The position numbers were made by a program, and so were the translations under genes. A model generated the notes under the pieces. The model saw only the letters and a list, made by a program, of their open reading frames with translations, did no database searches and had not been told where the DNA came from. Shown piece after piece: positions 37,319 to 45,561 of a DNA stretch of 64,000 nucleotides. Source of the DNA: an uncultured Burkholderiales bacterium. Lineage in GTDB: Bacteria; Pseudomonadota; Gammaproteobacteria; Burkholderiales; Thiobacteraceae. The stretch is taken from positions 812 through 64,811 of the forward strand of contig CAYUJV010000001.1 in the NCBI GenBank assembly GCA_964445085.1. The letters run 5' to 3'. The number at the start of each line of letters is the position of its first letter. Positions within the stretch are counted from its first letter, which is position 1.

Positions 37319-37579
37319 TCAGTTGCGCGCCGCCACCACGATGCCGGTCGCAGCCCCCGGATCGTCGGTGATGCGCCAGCAGTGTTCCCGGCCATCCACC
37401 AGATAGAGGTCGAATTTCGGATACGCCCGAAACGGCTCCTCGCCGCTCATGTCCTGCGCGTCACAGCGGGTGAGCGACAGACCGGGAAAGCGGGCGCGAA
37501 AATCGGCGAGGGGATTCGCCTCCGCCGGCGGTGTCGCCAGCAGGTCGTCGAGGTGCGCAAGATCGTCCTGGGTGATCAT
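37319..37579 (-). CDS. hypothetical small nif-cluster protein (86 aa)
   Basis: MITQDDLAHLDDLLATPP... Internal ATG of ORF 37319..37699, 11 bp after nifT. Confidence 0.55.
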   Translation of the reverse strand: MITQDDLAHLDDLLATPPAEANPLADFRARFPGLSLTRCDAQDMSGEEPFRAYPKFDLYLVDGREHCWRITDDPGAATGIVVAARN

Positions 37580-37590
37580 GTCTGTTCCCC

Positions 37591-37800
37591 CTACTCTCCG
37601 AGCCGGCGCGCTTCCACCGTGATCGGCAGGGTGGTCTCCGGCGCCATCGCCGGCAGTTCCAGGCGCCAGCCATTGGCCAGCGTCACCACCCCGCCCCACA
37701 TGCCCGCCTGCTCCATGGCGACGATGGGCTCTTCCAGATCCTTCTTCGCCACGTAGGCGGACAGGGTGCCTTGGGCATCTTTTCTGATCATCACTTTCAC
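37591..37800 (-). CDS. nifT: nitrogen fixation protein NifT/FixU
   Basis: MKVMIRKDAQGTLSAYVAKKDLEEPIV...WGGVVTLANGWRLELP...LPITVEA. Confidence 0.85.
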   Translation of the reverse strand: MKVMIRKDAQGTLSAYVAKKDLEEPIVAMEQAGMWGGVVTLANGWRLELPAMAPETTLPITVEARRLGE

Positions 37801-37827
37801 AGCATTTCCTTCAGGTTGAGCAAGCCT

Positions 37828-38982
37828 TCATGCCGCCTCGGCGGTCAGTCGTTTGACGATGGAACCCAGCGCATCGAGCACGCGGTCGATCTCTGCCTCA
37901 GTCGTGTAGCGGCTCAGGGAGAAGCGAATGGTCGCCAGTGCCTCCGCCTCGCTCAGCCCCATGGCGGTCAGCACGTGCGACGGCACATTGCCGCCGGCGG
38001 TGCACGCCGCGCCGGAGGAGGCGCAGATGTGCGCCTTGTCCAGGCGGTCGAGGATCACCTCGGCCTGCAGCCCGCCGAAGCAGATGCTGCTGGTGTTGCC
38101 GATGCGCGGGGCCAGCCCGCCGTTGAGGGTGGTGCCCGGGATGCGCATGAGCACGCCGGTCTCGAGCCGGTCGCGCAGGGCAGTGGTCTGCCTGGCTTTC
38201 GCCTGCAGCTCGGCGGCGGCGAGCTCGCAGGCGACGCCCAGGCCGACGATGGCCGGCACGTTCTCCGTCCCGCCGCGGCGCCTGCGCTCCTGGTGGCCAA
38301 ACAGCAGGGGCGGAAATTTCAGCCCCTTGCGCACGAACAGGGCGCCAACCCCCTTGGGCGCGTGCAGCTTGTGGCCGGAGAGGGAAAGCAGGTCGGCCGG
38401 TATCTGCGCCAGGTCGATGGGCGCCTTGCCCGCCGCTTGCACGGCATCGGTGTGGAACAGCACGCCCTTGGATTTGGCGATACGCGCCGCCTCCGCTATG
38501 GGGAACAGTACCCCGGTTTCGTTGTTGGCCCACATCAGGGACACCAGGGCGGTGTCGGCGGTGATCGCCCGCTCCAGCGCCATGAGGTCGAGCATGCCTT
38601 CGCCGTTGACGGGCAGCCGGGTCACGCGCAGGCCACCGCGCTCCAGCTGCGCCAGCAGTTCCAGGCTGGAGGGATGCTCCACCGCGCTCACCACCACGTG
38701 CGACTTGCCCGGGCATGCGGCCAGCGCCCCGAGAATGGCAAGGTGGTTGGATTCCGTGCCGCAGGAGGTGAACACGATCTCCGCCGGCGCCGCATTGAGC
38801 AGGCGCGCCACGGCGCGCCGCGCCTGTTCCACCTGCTCCCTGGCGGCCACACCCGCGGCGTGTTTGCTGGACGGATTGCCGTAGAGATCGCGCAGGCAGC
38901 GCAAGACCGGCTCCACGCATTCCGGCGCCAAGGCCGTGGTGGCGTTGTTGTCCAGATACACGATGGGGTCCTGATCCGTCAT
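37828..38982 (-). CDS. nifS: cysteine desulfurase NifS
   Basis: VYLDNNATT...TSCGTESNHLA...LSLSGHKLHAPKGVGALF...SSGAACT. 384 aa. Internal ATG of ORF 37828..39537. Confidence 0.9.
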   Translation of the reverse strand: MTDQDPIVYLDNNATTALAPECVEPVLRCLRDLYGNPSSKHAAGVAAREQVEQARRAVARLLNAAPAEIVFTSCGTESNHLAILGALAACPGKSHVVVSAVEHPSSLELLAQLERGGLRVTRLPVNGEGMLDLMALERAITADTALVSLMWANNETGVLFPIAEAARIAKSKGVLFHTDAVQAAGKAPIDLAQIPADLLSLSGHKLHAPKGVGALFVRKGLKFPPLLFGHQERRRRGGTENVPAIVGLGVACELAAAELQAKARQTTALRDRLETGVLMRIPGTTLNGGLAPRIGNTSSICFGGLQAEVILDRLDKAHICASSGAACTAGGNVPSHVLTAMGLSEAEALATIRFSLSRYTTEAEIDRVLDALGSIVKRLTAEAA

Positions 38983-39299
38983 TGCCAGAAAATCCGGTCC
39001 GGGTCGTGATTCAGCACGTCGAGCACGGTGCCCAGGGAGCGGAACTCGCCGTACAGCAGCCATGAACGCTCTGCATGGTCCTTGCGATAGAGACGCCAGG
39101 CGCGCTTGCCTTCCATATACTCCAGGCGGGCGATGTCGATCACGCCGCCCTCCGGGTCCACATTGCGGGAGCAGCAGGGGCTCTGTATCCAGTACCCCGT
39201 GTCGGCCGGCTTCACCGCGGGTGACACGTAGCGATAGCGCCTGCGCGCTGCCAGTGCGCGTTCGATGCGTTTGCGGTCGATGTCGTTCGGATGCTGCAC
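38979..39299 (-). CDS. DUF3024-like protein
   Basis: GTG start. RYRYVSP...WIQSPCCSRNVDPEGG...WRLYRKDHAERSW. Its stop overlaps the nifS start (ATGA). Confidence 0.55.
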   Translation of the reverse strand: MQHPNDIDRKRIERALAARRRYRYVSPAVKPADTGYWIQSPCCSRNVDPEGGVIDIARLEYMEGKRAWRLYRKDHAERSWLLYGEFRSLGTVLDVLNHDPDRIFWQ

Positions 39300-39326
39300 A
39301 CCTTGCCTCCGTGCCCTTGCGCCGCG

Positions 39327-39566
39327 CTACAGCGGCGCGATCTCTTCCTCGAGGCAGCCCACCACCCGGCCCTCCGGGAATTCCACCAGGTAGACCGGCA
39401 GGTTCAGTTCCTCGTGATGCCCGACGTTGACGATCTCGCCCTGGGTGCCGTTGCTCACCAGCAGCGCGTCCGGTTCGCGATCCGGGTAGGTGCCGTCGTT
39501 GAACAGGTCGGTGGTGGCCACGACCGGCTGGCCCCACTGGTATTTCGCTTCCCGCAGTTCGATCAT
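39327..39566 (-). CDS. nifZ: NifZ-domain protein (paralog 2)
   Basis: YQWGQPVVATTDLFNDGTYPD...LLVSNGTQGEIVNVG...VYLVEFPEGRVVGC. Confidence 0.8.
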   Translation of the reverse strand: MIELREAKYQWGQPVVATTDLFNDGTYPDREPDALLVSNGTQGEIVNVGHHEELNLPVYLVEFPEGRVVGCLEEEIAPL

Positions 39567-39880
39567 GCTGCCTCCCCGCTCAGTGCGGCATCGCCGGCCG
39601 GCTTCTCGTCCTCGACCGCTTCCAGCTCCTTGCCCCGCATGCCGACCCGGTGGCCGGTGTCGATGAAATCCACGGCATAGATGTAGAACTGCTGCAAGAA
39701 CGTGCCGATGCTGGTGACGTAGCCGATGTCGCCCTTGCGCACCAGTATTTCGCCGATGTCCTTGCCGGCGTAGGTGCCGTCGTTGCGCACGGTCTTGGTG
39801 GAGCGCACCTTCTGGCCGTAGTCGAAGATCGGGTCGGCGGTGAGTTCCACGATGTCGCTGTCACGACTGATTTTTGCCAT
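39563..39880 (-). CDS. nifZ: NifZ-domain protein (paralog 1)
   Basis: FDYGQKVRSTKTVRNDGTYAG...ILVRKGDIGYVTSIG...IYAVDFIDTGHRVGM. 4-nt overlap with paralog 2. Confidence 0.8.
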   Translation of the reverse strand: MAKISRDSDIVELTADPIFDYGQKVRSTKTVRNDGTYAGKDIGEILVRKGDIGYVTSIGTFLQQFYIYAVDFIDTGHRVGMRGKELEAVEDEKPAGDAALSGEAA

Positions 39881-39893
39881 GGCTGCCCCCTGC

Positions 39894-40673
39894 CTATACG
39901 AGAGTCAGAACCGGTTCATCCTGCCCGCCACTGCCGGATGCCAGGCGGGCGGCGGCCAGCTCGCGGACCATGGGGTCCGCGTCGTCCCGCATGCGGGTGA
40001 GCGCCTTGCCGGAGATGCGGCCCGCCACTTCGTAGCGCACGCGCCAGTCCGGATCGTCGGCCAGCAGGTGCAGCTGCCCGTCCTTGAGCCGCTTGGCCAC
40101 CTCCTGACGCACGGCCGCATCCTCGTCGTGGACCATGTGCGTGAGCCAGCCTTCTGCGATACGGCGCGCGACGGTGCAGCGCACGGAAACGTCCGGGTCG
40201 CGCACCATCAGCGGCAGCAGCGCTTCCGGGATGCGGCGCGCCACCACCTGGCGCACGTAGTAATCCGGGTCATTGATCATGGCGCCGAGGTCGCGCGGCT
40301 CGAGGCGCGCGGCCACGCGGATGCGCACCTCCCGGTGCGGGTCGTTGATGAGCGTCAGCAAATGCTTGGGCGGCAGGCGCATGGCGGCGCTCCAGCGCAC
40401 CGTTTCGTCGGGGTCGTACATCATGCGCGGCAGATGGAACACGTCCACGTGCTTGGCTGCCACCGCACGCACTTCGAAATAGGGGTGATCCAGAAAATTC
40501 CGGGCGCGATCCGGGTTCCAGTCGAAGAAGCGGTCGATGTGCTTGGCATAGCGGTCCTCGACGCAGGCGTGGCCCAGCCGGCAGCGGTCCTGCGCAAGCA
40601 GTTCCCGGCAGGCGCACGCGCCGCAGTCGATTCTGTCTCCCGGCCAGTTCAGGGGCGGGCCAATGTCATTCAT
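39894..40673 (-). CDS. leucine-rich-variant (LRV) [4Fe-4S] protein
   Basis: N-terminal Cys cluster CGACACRELLAQDRCRLGHAC followed by repeated DPDxxVRxxVAxRL helices. Confidence 0.8.
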   Translation of the reverse strand: MNDIGPPLNWPGDRIDCGACACRELLAQDRCRLGHACVEDRYAKHIDRFFDWNPDRARNFLDHPYFEVRAVAAKHVDVFHLPRMMYDPDETVRWSAAMRLPPKHLLTLINDPHREVRIRVAARLEPRDLGAMINDPDYYVRQVVARRIPEALLPLMVRDPDVSVRCTVARRIAEGWLTHMVHDEDAAVRQEVAKRLKDGQLHLLADDPDWRVRYEVAGRISGKALTRMRDDADPMVRELAAARLASGSGGQDEPVLTLV

Positions 40674-41232
40674 CGTCGTCCTCCCGGCCGTGGCGGGCGA
40701 GCACCTGGAGCAGGACGGTGGCGTTCAGTTTGTCGCTCGGGTCCAGCTCCAGCATTTTGGTGAGCGCGGCATGGCTTTCCTCCAGCCGCCCGAGGCGCAT
40801 CTGCAGGTAGCCGTAGGCTTTCAGGGTGAACAGATAGAAGCGCGGCAGGATCGCATCGTAGCTACCGAAATCGGCATCGCTCCGATGCACGGCACGCCAG
40901 TCCTCGTTCAGGCGGTTGTCCCGCGCCGCCTTCGCCAGGACACGCCTGGCCACCAGCAACGCATCCGTCAGGCGCCCCTTGTAGAAATAGAAGCGGTACA
41001 GCGCGATCAGCACGGCGGCATGCCCCGGCGCAAGCGCCTGGGCCTGGAACAGGTGGCTCTCCGCCACCGCGTCGTGCGCGTAATTGAGCCCCGCCAGGCG
41101 CAGGTGCAGTTCAGCCTGCTCCGGCAGGTGCCCGCCGAGACAGGCACGCTCCAGCCAGTCCGGGTTGATGTCCTCCGGTGCGTCGGCGGTGCTCATCGGC
41201 CGGCCCTCCCCTGTCACGCGCACCGTTGCCAT
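40666..41232 (-). CDS. nif-associated TPR-like protein, paralog 2
   Basis: LYRFYFYK, FYLFTLKA, MRLGR and ELDP blocks are shared with 17647..18120. Alternative start at 41196 (GGGGAGGG RBS). 8-nt overlap with the LRV gene. Confidence 0.7.
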   Translation of the reverse strand: MATVRVTGEGRPMSTADAPEDINPDWLERACLGGHLPEQAELHLRLAGLNYAHDAVAESHLFQAQALAPGHAAVLIALYRFYFYKGRLTDALLVARRVLAKAARDNRLNEDWRAVHRSDADFGSYDAILPRFYLFTLKAYGYLQMRLGRLEESHAALTKMLELDPSDKLNATVLLQVLARHGREDDDE

Positions 41233-41250
41233 CGCATCCCCCGCGCCGCC

Positions 41251-41616
41251 TCAGTGCTTGCGCCCGATGCTGGAGATATCGACGCTGGCGACGCCGCCGC
41301 TCGAACTGCTGCAGCCGCAGGAGGGCGAATTCGGCGTGACGAAGGTCAGGCCGCTGTTGGTCGGCGTGTCGGCGAAGTCCATGGTAGCGCCTTCCAGCAG
41401 CAGGCGACTTTCCGCCGGCAGGAAGAACTTCACGCCGTTGACCTCGACCACCGCATCGCCCTCTTTCGGCGCCGCTTCCACGGTGAATTCGGACGCGAGT
41501 CCGGAACAGCCGCCGGCGCTGACCATCAGGCGAAAGCCGGCGTTCTCGCCCGCACCGCCGAAGCGGATCATGCGGCGCACGAACTTCTCGGCGGCGGGCG
41601 TCATCGTGAACTGCAT
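41251..41616 (-). CDS. HesB/IscA-family Fe-S carrier (IscA-nif type)
   Basis: FRLMVSAGGCSGLASEF ... SCGCSSS C-terminal Cys pair. Confidence 0.8.
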   Translation of the reverse strand: MQFTMTPAAEKFVRRMIRFGGAGENAGFRLMVSAGGCSGLASEFTVEAAPKEGDAVVEVNGVKFFLPAESRLLLEGATMDFADTPTNSGLTFVTPNSPSCGCSSSSGGVASVDISSIGRKH

Positions 41617-41625
41617 CGTCCTCTC

Positions 41626-41847
41626 CTAGGCCGCCTGATAGCGCGGGTAGCTGTTGTCGATGATGCAGGTGTTGTCCACCGGGCACACGGCGACGCACTG
41701 CGGCTCGTCGAAATAGCCGATGCACTCGGTGCATTTCTCCGGCTTGATGATGAAGGTGCCGTCCTTTTCGCGGATGGCGTTGTTGGGGCACTCCGGTTCG
41801 CACGCCGAGCAGGCGGTGCATTGGGAAGCGACGATCTTGTAAGCCAT
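41626..41847 (-). CDS. fdxN: 2x[4Fe-4S] ferredoxin FdxN
   Basis: [16 protein letters not shown] ... [19 protein letters not shown], directly downstream of nifB. Confidence 0.85.
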   Translation of the reverse strand: MAYKIVASQCTACSACEPECPNNAIREKDGTFIIKPEKCTECIGYFDEPQCVAVCPVDNTCIIDNSYPRYQAA

Positions 41848-41879
41848 GGTCTTGCTCTCCTAGCTGTTGCTTGAAAATC

Positions 41880-43439
41880 TCATGCCGCGATGAAGGCGCC
41901 CTGGCGGATGCTCGCGTCGCCGCGCTCCTGGTGCACGATCTCGCCGCTCTTCACCTTTTCCAGGTAGTCCTTGAAGTAGCGCAGGGCAGACTGTTCGATG
42001 TACTCGTTGGCGTACTGGTCCACCGCGTCGATGCCGGCGGCCTTCAGGTCGGCCTTGGGACAGCCGCCGATCTTGGCCACGAACACCGCATGGCAGTCGT
42101 TGATGGCGCGGATCACCGTGGCGAGCGTGTCCTCCTCGCCGAAGCCGCCCTGGCAGTACATGTCCACCCGGCGATGGCCGACGAACTTGGCGCCGGACGT
42201 CGAGAGTTCGTAGATCTGAAACTCGTGGGCGTGCCCGAAGTGCTCGTTGATGCGGCCGCTGCCCTTGGTGGCGACGGCCACCAGCATCCTGAGGCCGGCG
42301 AATTCGCCGGACATGTCTTCCAGTTCCGCCTGCCGCGCCTCGACCTTGGCCTGGCGTTCCTTCTCCACGGCTTCCTGGTAGGCCTTGCGGCCCTCCAGGT
42401 CATAGGTGACTTCCATCGCTTCGATCTTTTCGGTGGTGAACTCGGCGCTGCGGTCCTCGCCCAGCAGGCCGACGGCGTCGGCCCGGCACTGGCGGCAGTG
42501 GCGCATCATGTTCATCTCGCCCTCGCACTGGTCCTGCAGGGCCTTGAGCTCCTGCGCGGTGGGGCCGCGCTGGCCGTTGAGGCCGAACACGGTGCCGTGC
42601 TCCGGTGCCGAGATGAGCGGCATGATGTTGTGCAGGAAGGCGCCGCGGGATTTCACCGCCCTGTTCACCTCGACCAGGTGCTGGTCGTTGATGCCGGGGA
42701 TCATCACCGAGTTGACCTTGCACAGGATGCCGCGCTCGGTCAGCATCTCCAGGCCGCGCAGCTGGTGCTCGCTCAGGATGCGCGCCGCGTCGATGCCCTT
42801 CCAGCGCTTGTTCTTCCAGAAGATCCACGGGTAGATGTGCTGCCCCACTTCCGGATCGACCATGTTGATGGTGATGGTGACGTGGTCGATGTTGTACTGG
42901 GACAGGCGATCGACGTGCTCGGGCAGCGCCAGACCATTGGTGGACACGCACAGCTTGATGTCCGGTGCGGTCTTGGCCACCAGCTCGAAGGTCTTGAAGG
43001 TCTTTTCGGGATTGGCGAGGGGGTCTCCGGGGCCGGCGATGCCCAGCACCGTCATCTGCGGAATGGTGGAGGCCACCGCCAGCACCTTCTTCGCCGCCTG
43101 CTCCGGCGTGAGCTTCTCGCTCACCACACCGGGACGCGACTCGTTGGCGCAATCGTACTTGCGGTTGCAGTAGTTGCACTGGATGTTGCAGGCCGGCGCC
43201 ACGGCCACGTGCATGCGTGCGTAATGGTGATGGGCCTCCTCGCTGTAGCAGGGATGGTTCTTCACCTTCTCCCAGATTTCCGGCGGCAGGTCGTTCTGCC
43301 CCGCGCCCGAGCCGCAGCTGGCCTTGCCGCTGCCGCCCGAGGTGCCGCAGCCCTTGTGCTCGGCCATCTGCTGCATGATCTGATCGAGAGGCTTGATCTG
43401 ATCGATGCCCACGCTCGCCACACTTGCCTGATTGTCCAT
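41880..43439 (-). CDS. nifB: FeMo-cofactor biosynthesis radical-SAM protein NifB (with C-terminal NifX-like domain)
   Basis: [28 protein letters not shown] and C-terminal [25 protein letters not shown]. The ATG at 43439 was chosen because the sigma54 promoter lies inside the longer ORF 41880..43535. Confidence 0.9.
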   Translation of the reverse strand: MDNQASVASVGIDQIKPLDQIMQQMAEHKGCGTSGGSGKASCGSGAGQNDLPPEIWEKVKNHPCYSEEAHHHYARMHVAVAPACNIQCNYCNRKYDCANESRPGVVSEKLTPEQAAKKVLAVASTIPQMTVLGIAGPGDPLANPEKTFKTFELVAKTAPDIKLCVSTNGLALPEHVDRLSQYNIDHVTITINMVDPEVGQHIYPWIFWKNKRWKGIDAARILSEHQLRGLEMLTERGILCKVNSVMIPGINDQHLVEVNRAVKSRGAFLHNIMPLISAPEHGTVFGLNGQRGPTAQELKALQDQCEGEMNMMRHCRQCRADAVGLLGEDRSAEFTTEKIEAMEVTYDLEGRKAYQEAVEKERQAKVEARQAELEDMSGEFAGLRMLVAVATKGSGRINEHFGHAHEFQIYELSTSGAKFVGHRRVDMYCQGGFGEEDTLATVIRAINDCHAVFVAKIGGCPKADLKAAGIDAVDQYANEYIEQSALRYFKDYLEKVKSGEIVHQERGDASIRQGAFIAA

Positions 43440-43519
43440 GCCCTGGCTCCTGTCCGGTTCAACCGCTGGCGATCGCGCCAGCGACCGCCCGTCAAATGAG
43501 TTCGTACACGAGCCGTTCA

Positions 43520-43534
43520 GCAACAAGCATGCCA
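43520..43534 (-). promoter_or_regulatory. sigma54 (-24/-12) promoter of nifB
   Basis: Minus strand reads TGGCAT-gcttg-TTGC, about 80 bp upstream of the nifB ATG. Confidence 0.7.
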
Positions 43535-43591
43535 CTCGAAGATTTCAACGAAATGCCGCAGGATTGAGGCACTTGGCGTGCCTGAGGCGTT

Positions 43592-43607
43592 TGTCGCAAC
43601 TGCTACA
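43592..43607. promoter_or_regulatory. NifA-type UAS upstream of nifB
   Basis: TGTCGCAACTGCTACA, centred about 67 bp from the -24 element. Confidence 0.65.
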
Positions 43608-43775
43608 AATGGAGACCGGCGGGGAGGGAATTGTCGGGAAGACTACAGCAGTGGAAGCAATGCAATGGTTTGCGCCGCCAACGTGGCCTTTCGTGGGGAA
43701 ATGCGGCGCGCCGGCCGAGTGCGCAATGGGAAGCGCGGATGCGAACTCGGTCCGCGCTGGTTTTGCAGCCCACTG

Positions 43776-45392
43776 CTAAAGGCGTTTGACTTCGATGTTG
43801 TACTTCTGCAGCGCGTAGCCGATCTGACGGGGCGTCAGATTCAGCAGGCGCGCGGCCTTCGCCTGCACCCAGCCGCACTGCTCCATCGCCCACACCAGGC
43901 GCTCGCGTTCCGTCGTGAAGACTGGTTCTTCCGTGCCGGCAGGCTCGTCGGTTGCGCCCGGCGGAGCGCTTCGGGCAGCGGCCGCGACCGGGGCGATCGA
44001 AACCACCTGCTGCGCCTGACCGTAGTGCTGCAGCACCTGCGAGAAGCACTTGTTCTGCTGGCAGGGCAGGTCCACGTCCTGGATCACATTGCCCCGGGTC
44101 ATGGTGGCGGTGCGCTCGACGCAGTTCTCCAGCTCCCGCACATTGCCGGGCCAGTTGCACTTGAGCATGACTTCCAGCGCCTCGGGCGAAATGGACAGCT
44201 TGCGTTCGTTCTCCTTGTTGAACTTGTCCAGGAAGTGCTCCACCAGCAGCGGAATGTCTTCCCGCCGCTCGCGCAGGGGCGGCAGGAAGATGCTCACCAC
44301 GTTGACGCGGTAATAGAGGTCGGCGCGAAAGGTGCCCTTCGCCACATCTTCTTCCATGTTGCGGTTGGTGGCGGCGATCAGGCGCACATCGACCTTGATC
44401 GACTTGTTCCCGCCCACGCGTTCGAACTCCCGCTCCTGCAGCACGCGCAGCAGCTTGGTCTGGAACGACGGCGAGATTTCCCCCAGCTCATCCAGAAACA
44501 GCGTGCCGCCCTGGGCCATTTCGAAGCGGCCCTTGCGTTCCTGCGTGGCGCCGGTGAAGGACCCTTTTTCGTGGCCGAACAGTTCGGACTCGAGCAGCGT
44601 CTCGGACAGGGCGGCGCAGTTGACCTTGATGAAGGGGGCGTCCTTGCGCGGGCTCAGGTAGTGGATCGAGCGGGCGATCACCTCTTTGCCGGTGCCGCTC
44701 TCGCCGCGCAGGAGCACGGTCGACTTGCCCGGTGCCGCCTGGTGCACCTCGGCGAAGACTTCCTGCATGCGCTTGCTGCGGCCGATGACGTTGTCCAGGC
44801 GGTACCTGCCCTGCAGTTCCTTCTGCAGGCGATGCTGGTACTGCATCAGTTCCTCGCGCTCGGCAGCGACGTTGTCGTGCAGGCGGGTGATCTGGCCGAT
44901 CAGGTTGGCGATCATGGCCAGGAAGCGCACGTCCGCTTCGAAGTTGACCGGGCCGCCGTCCACCTCGCGGTCCACGCTCAACACCCCCACGGTTTCGCGC
45001 CCCACCTTGATCGGCACGCCGATGAAGGCGACCACGCGCCCTTCCGCCATGCTGCGCGAGCCGGTTCGGTTGAGGAACAGGGGCTCCTTCGCCACGTCCG
45101 GTATCACCATGGGCATGCCGGTCTCGAGGATCCGCCCGGTGATGCCCTCCCCTTTGCGGAAACGCCCGCGTTGCGCCGCCTCGGCCGACATGCCCGTTGC
45201 CTCAACTACGTGCAGGTCGCCGGATGCCTGCACCAAACTGATCATGCCGCGCCGCATCTTGAGGTGCGACGAAAGCACGCCGAGCACCTCTCTCGCCGTC
45301 TTGTTCAGGTCGAGGGAGGAACTCAGTATCTTGCTGATTTCATATATGGTTGCGAGCTCGATGCTCGCCTCGTGCGTCGGAAATGCGCCCAT
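43776..45392 (-). CDS. nifA: sigma54-dependent nif-specific activator NifA
   Basis: GAF N-terminus, AAA+ core ([14 protein letters not shown]-like [14 protein letters not shown]), an inter-domain C-X11-C-X19-C-X4-C motif ([13 protein letters not shown]...CQQNKC) and a C-terminal HTH. The ORF-track start at 45428 is TTG, so ATG 45392 is preferred. Confidence 0.9.
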   Translation of the reverse strand: MGAFPTHEASIELATIYEISKILSSSLDLNKTAREVLGVLSSHLKMRRGMISLVQASGDLHVVEATGMSAEAAQRGRFRKGEGITGRILETGMPMVIPDVAKEPLFLNRTGSRSMAEGRVVAFIGVPIKVGRETVGVLSVDREVDGGPVNFEADVRFLAMIANLIGQITRLHDNVAAEREELMQYQHRLQKELQGRYRLDNVIGRSKRMQEVFAEVHQAAPGKSTVLLRGESGTGKEVIARSIHYLSPRKDAPFIKVNCAALSETLLESELFGHEKGSFTGATQERKGRFEMAQGGTLFLDELGEISPSFQTKLLRVLQEREFERVGGNKSIKVDVRLIAATNRNMEEDVAKGTFRADLYYRVNVVSIFLPPLRERREDIPLLVEHFLDKFNKENERKLSISPEALEVMLKCNWPGNVRELENCVERTATMTRGNVIQDVDLPCQQNKCFSQVLQHYGQAQQVVSIAPVAAAARSAPPGATDEPAGTEEPVFTTERERLVWAMEQCGWVQAKAARLLNLTPRQIGYALQKYNIEVKRL

Positions 45393-45464
45393 ATCAGCCA
45401 ACCCCGCTGGGCCGGATGACGGCCCCAAGAAACAACAATGGTGACACCATGGTCATTTCAGGGA

Positions 45465-45479
45465 GCAAGTAGCGTGCCA
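45465..45479 (-). promoter_or_regulatory. sigma54 (-24/-12) promoter of nifA
   Basis: Minus strand reads TGGCAC-gctac-TTGC, about 70 bp upstream of ATG 45392. Confidence 0.6.
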
Positions 45480-45561
45480 AAGAGCCGTGGCCGTCCCGAC
45501 CTCGGCGCGCCCGTTTCCCAAAGGAACAGCGCCTGGAGCCGGTGGCTCCACTCGTCACGGA

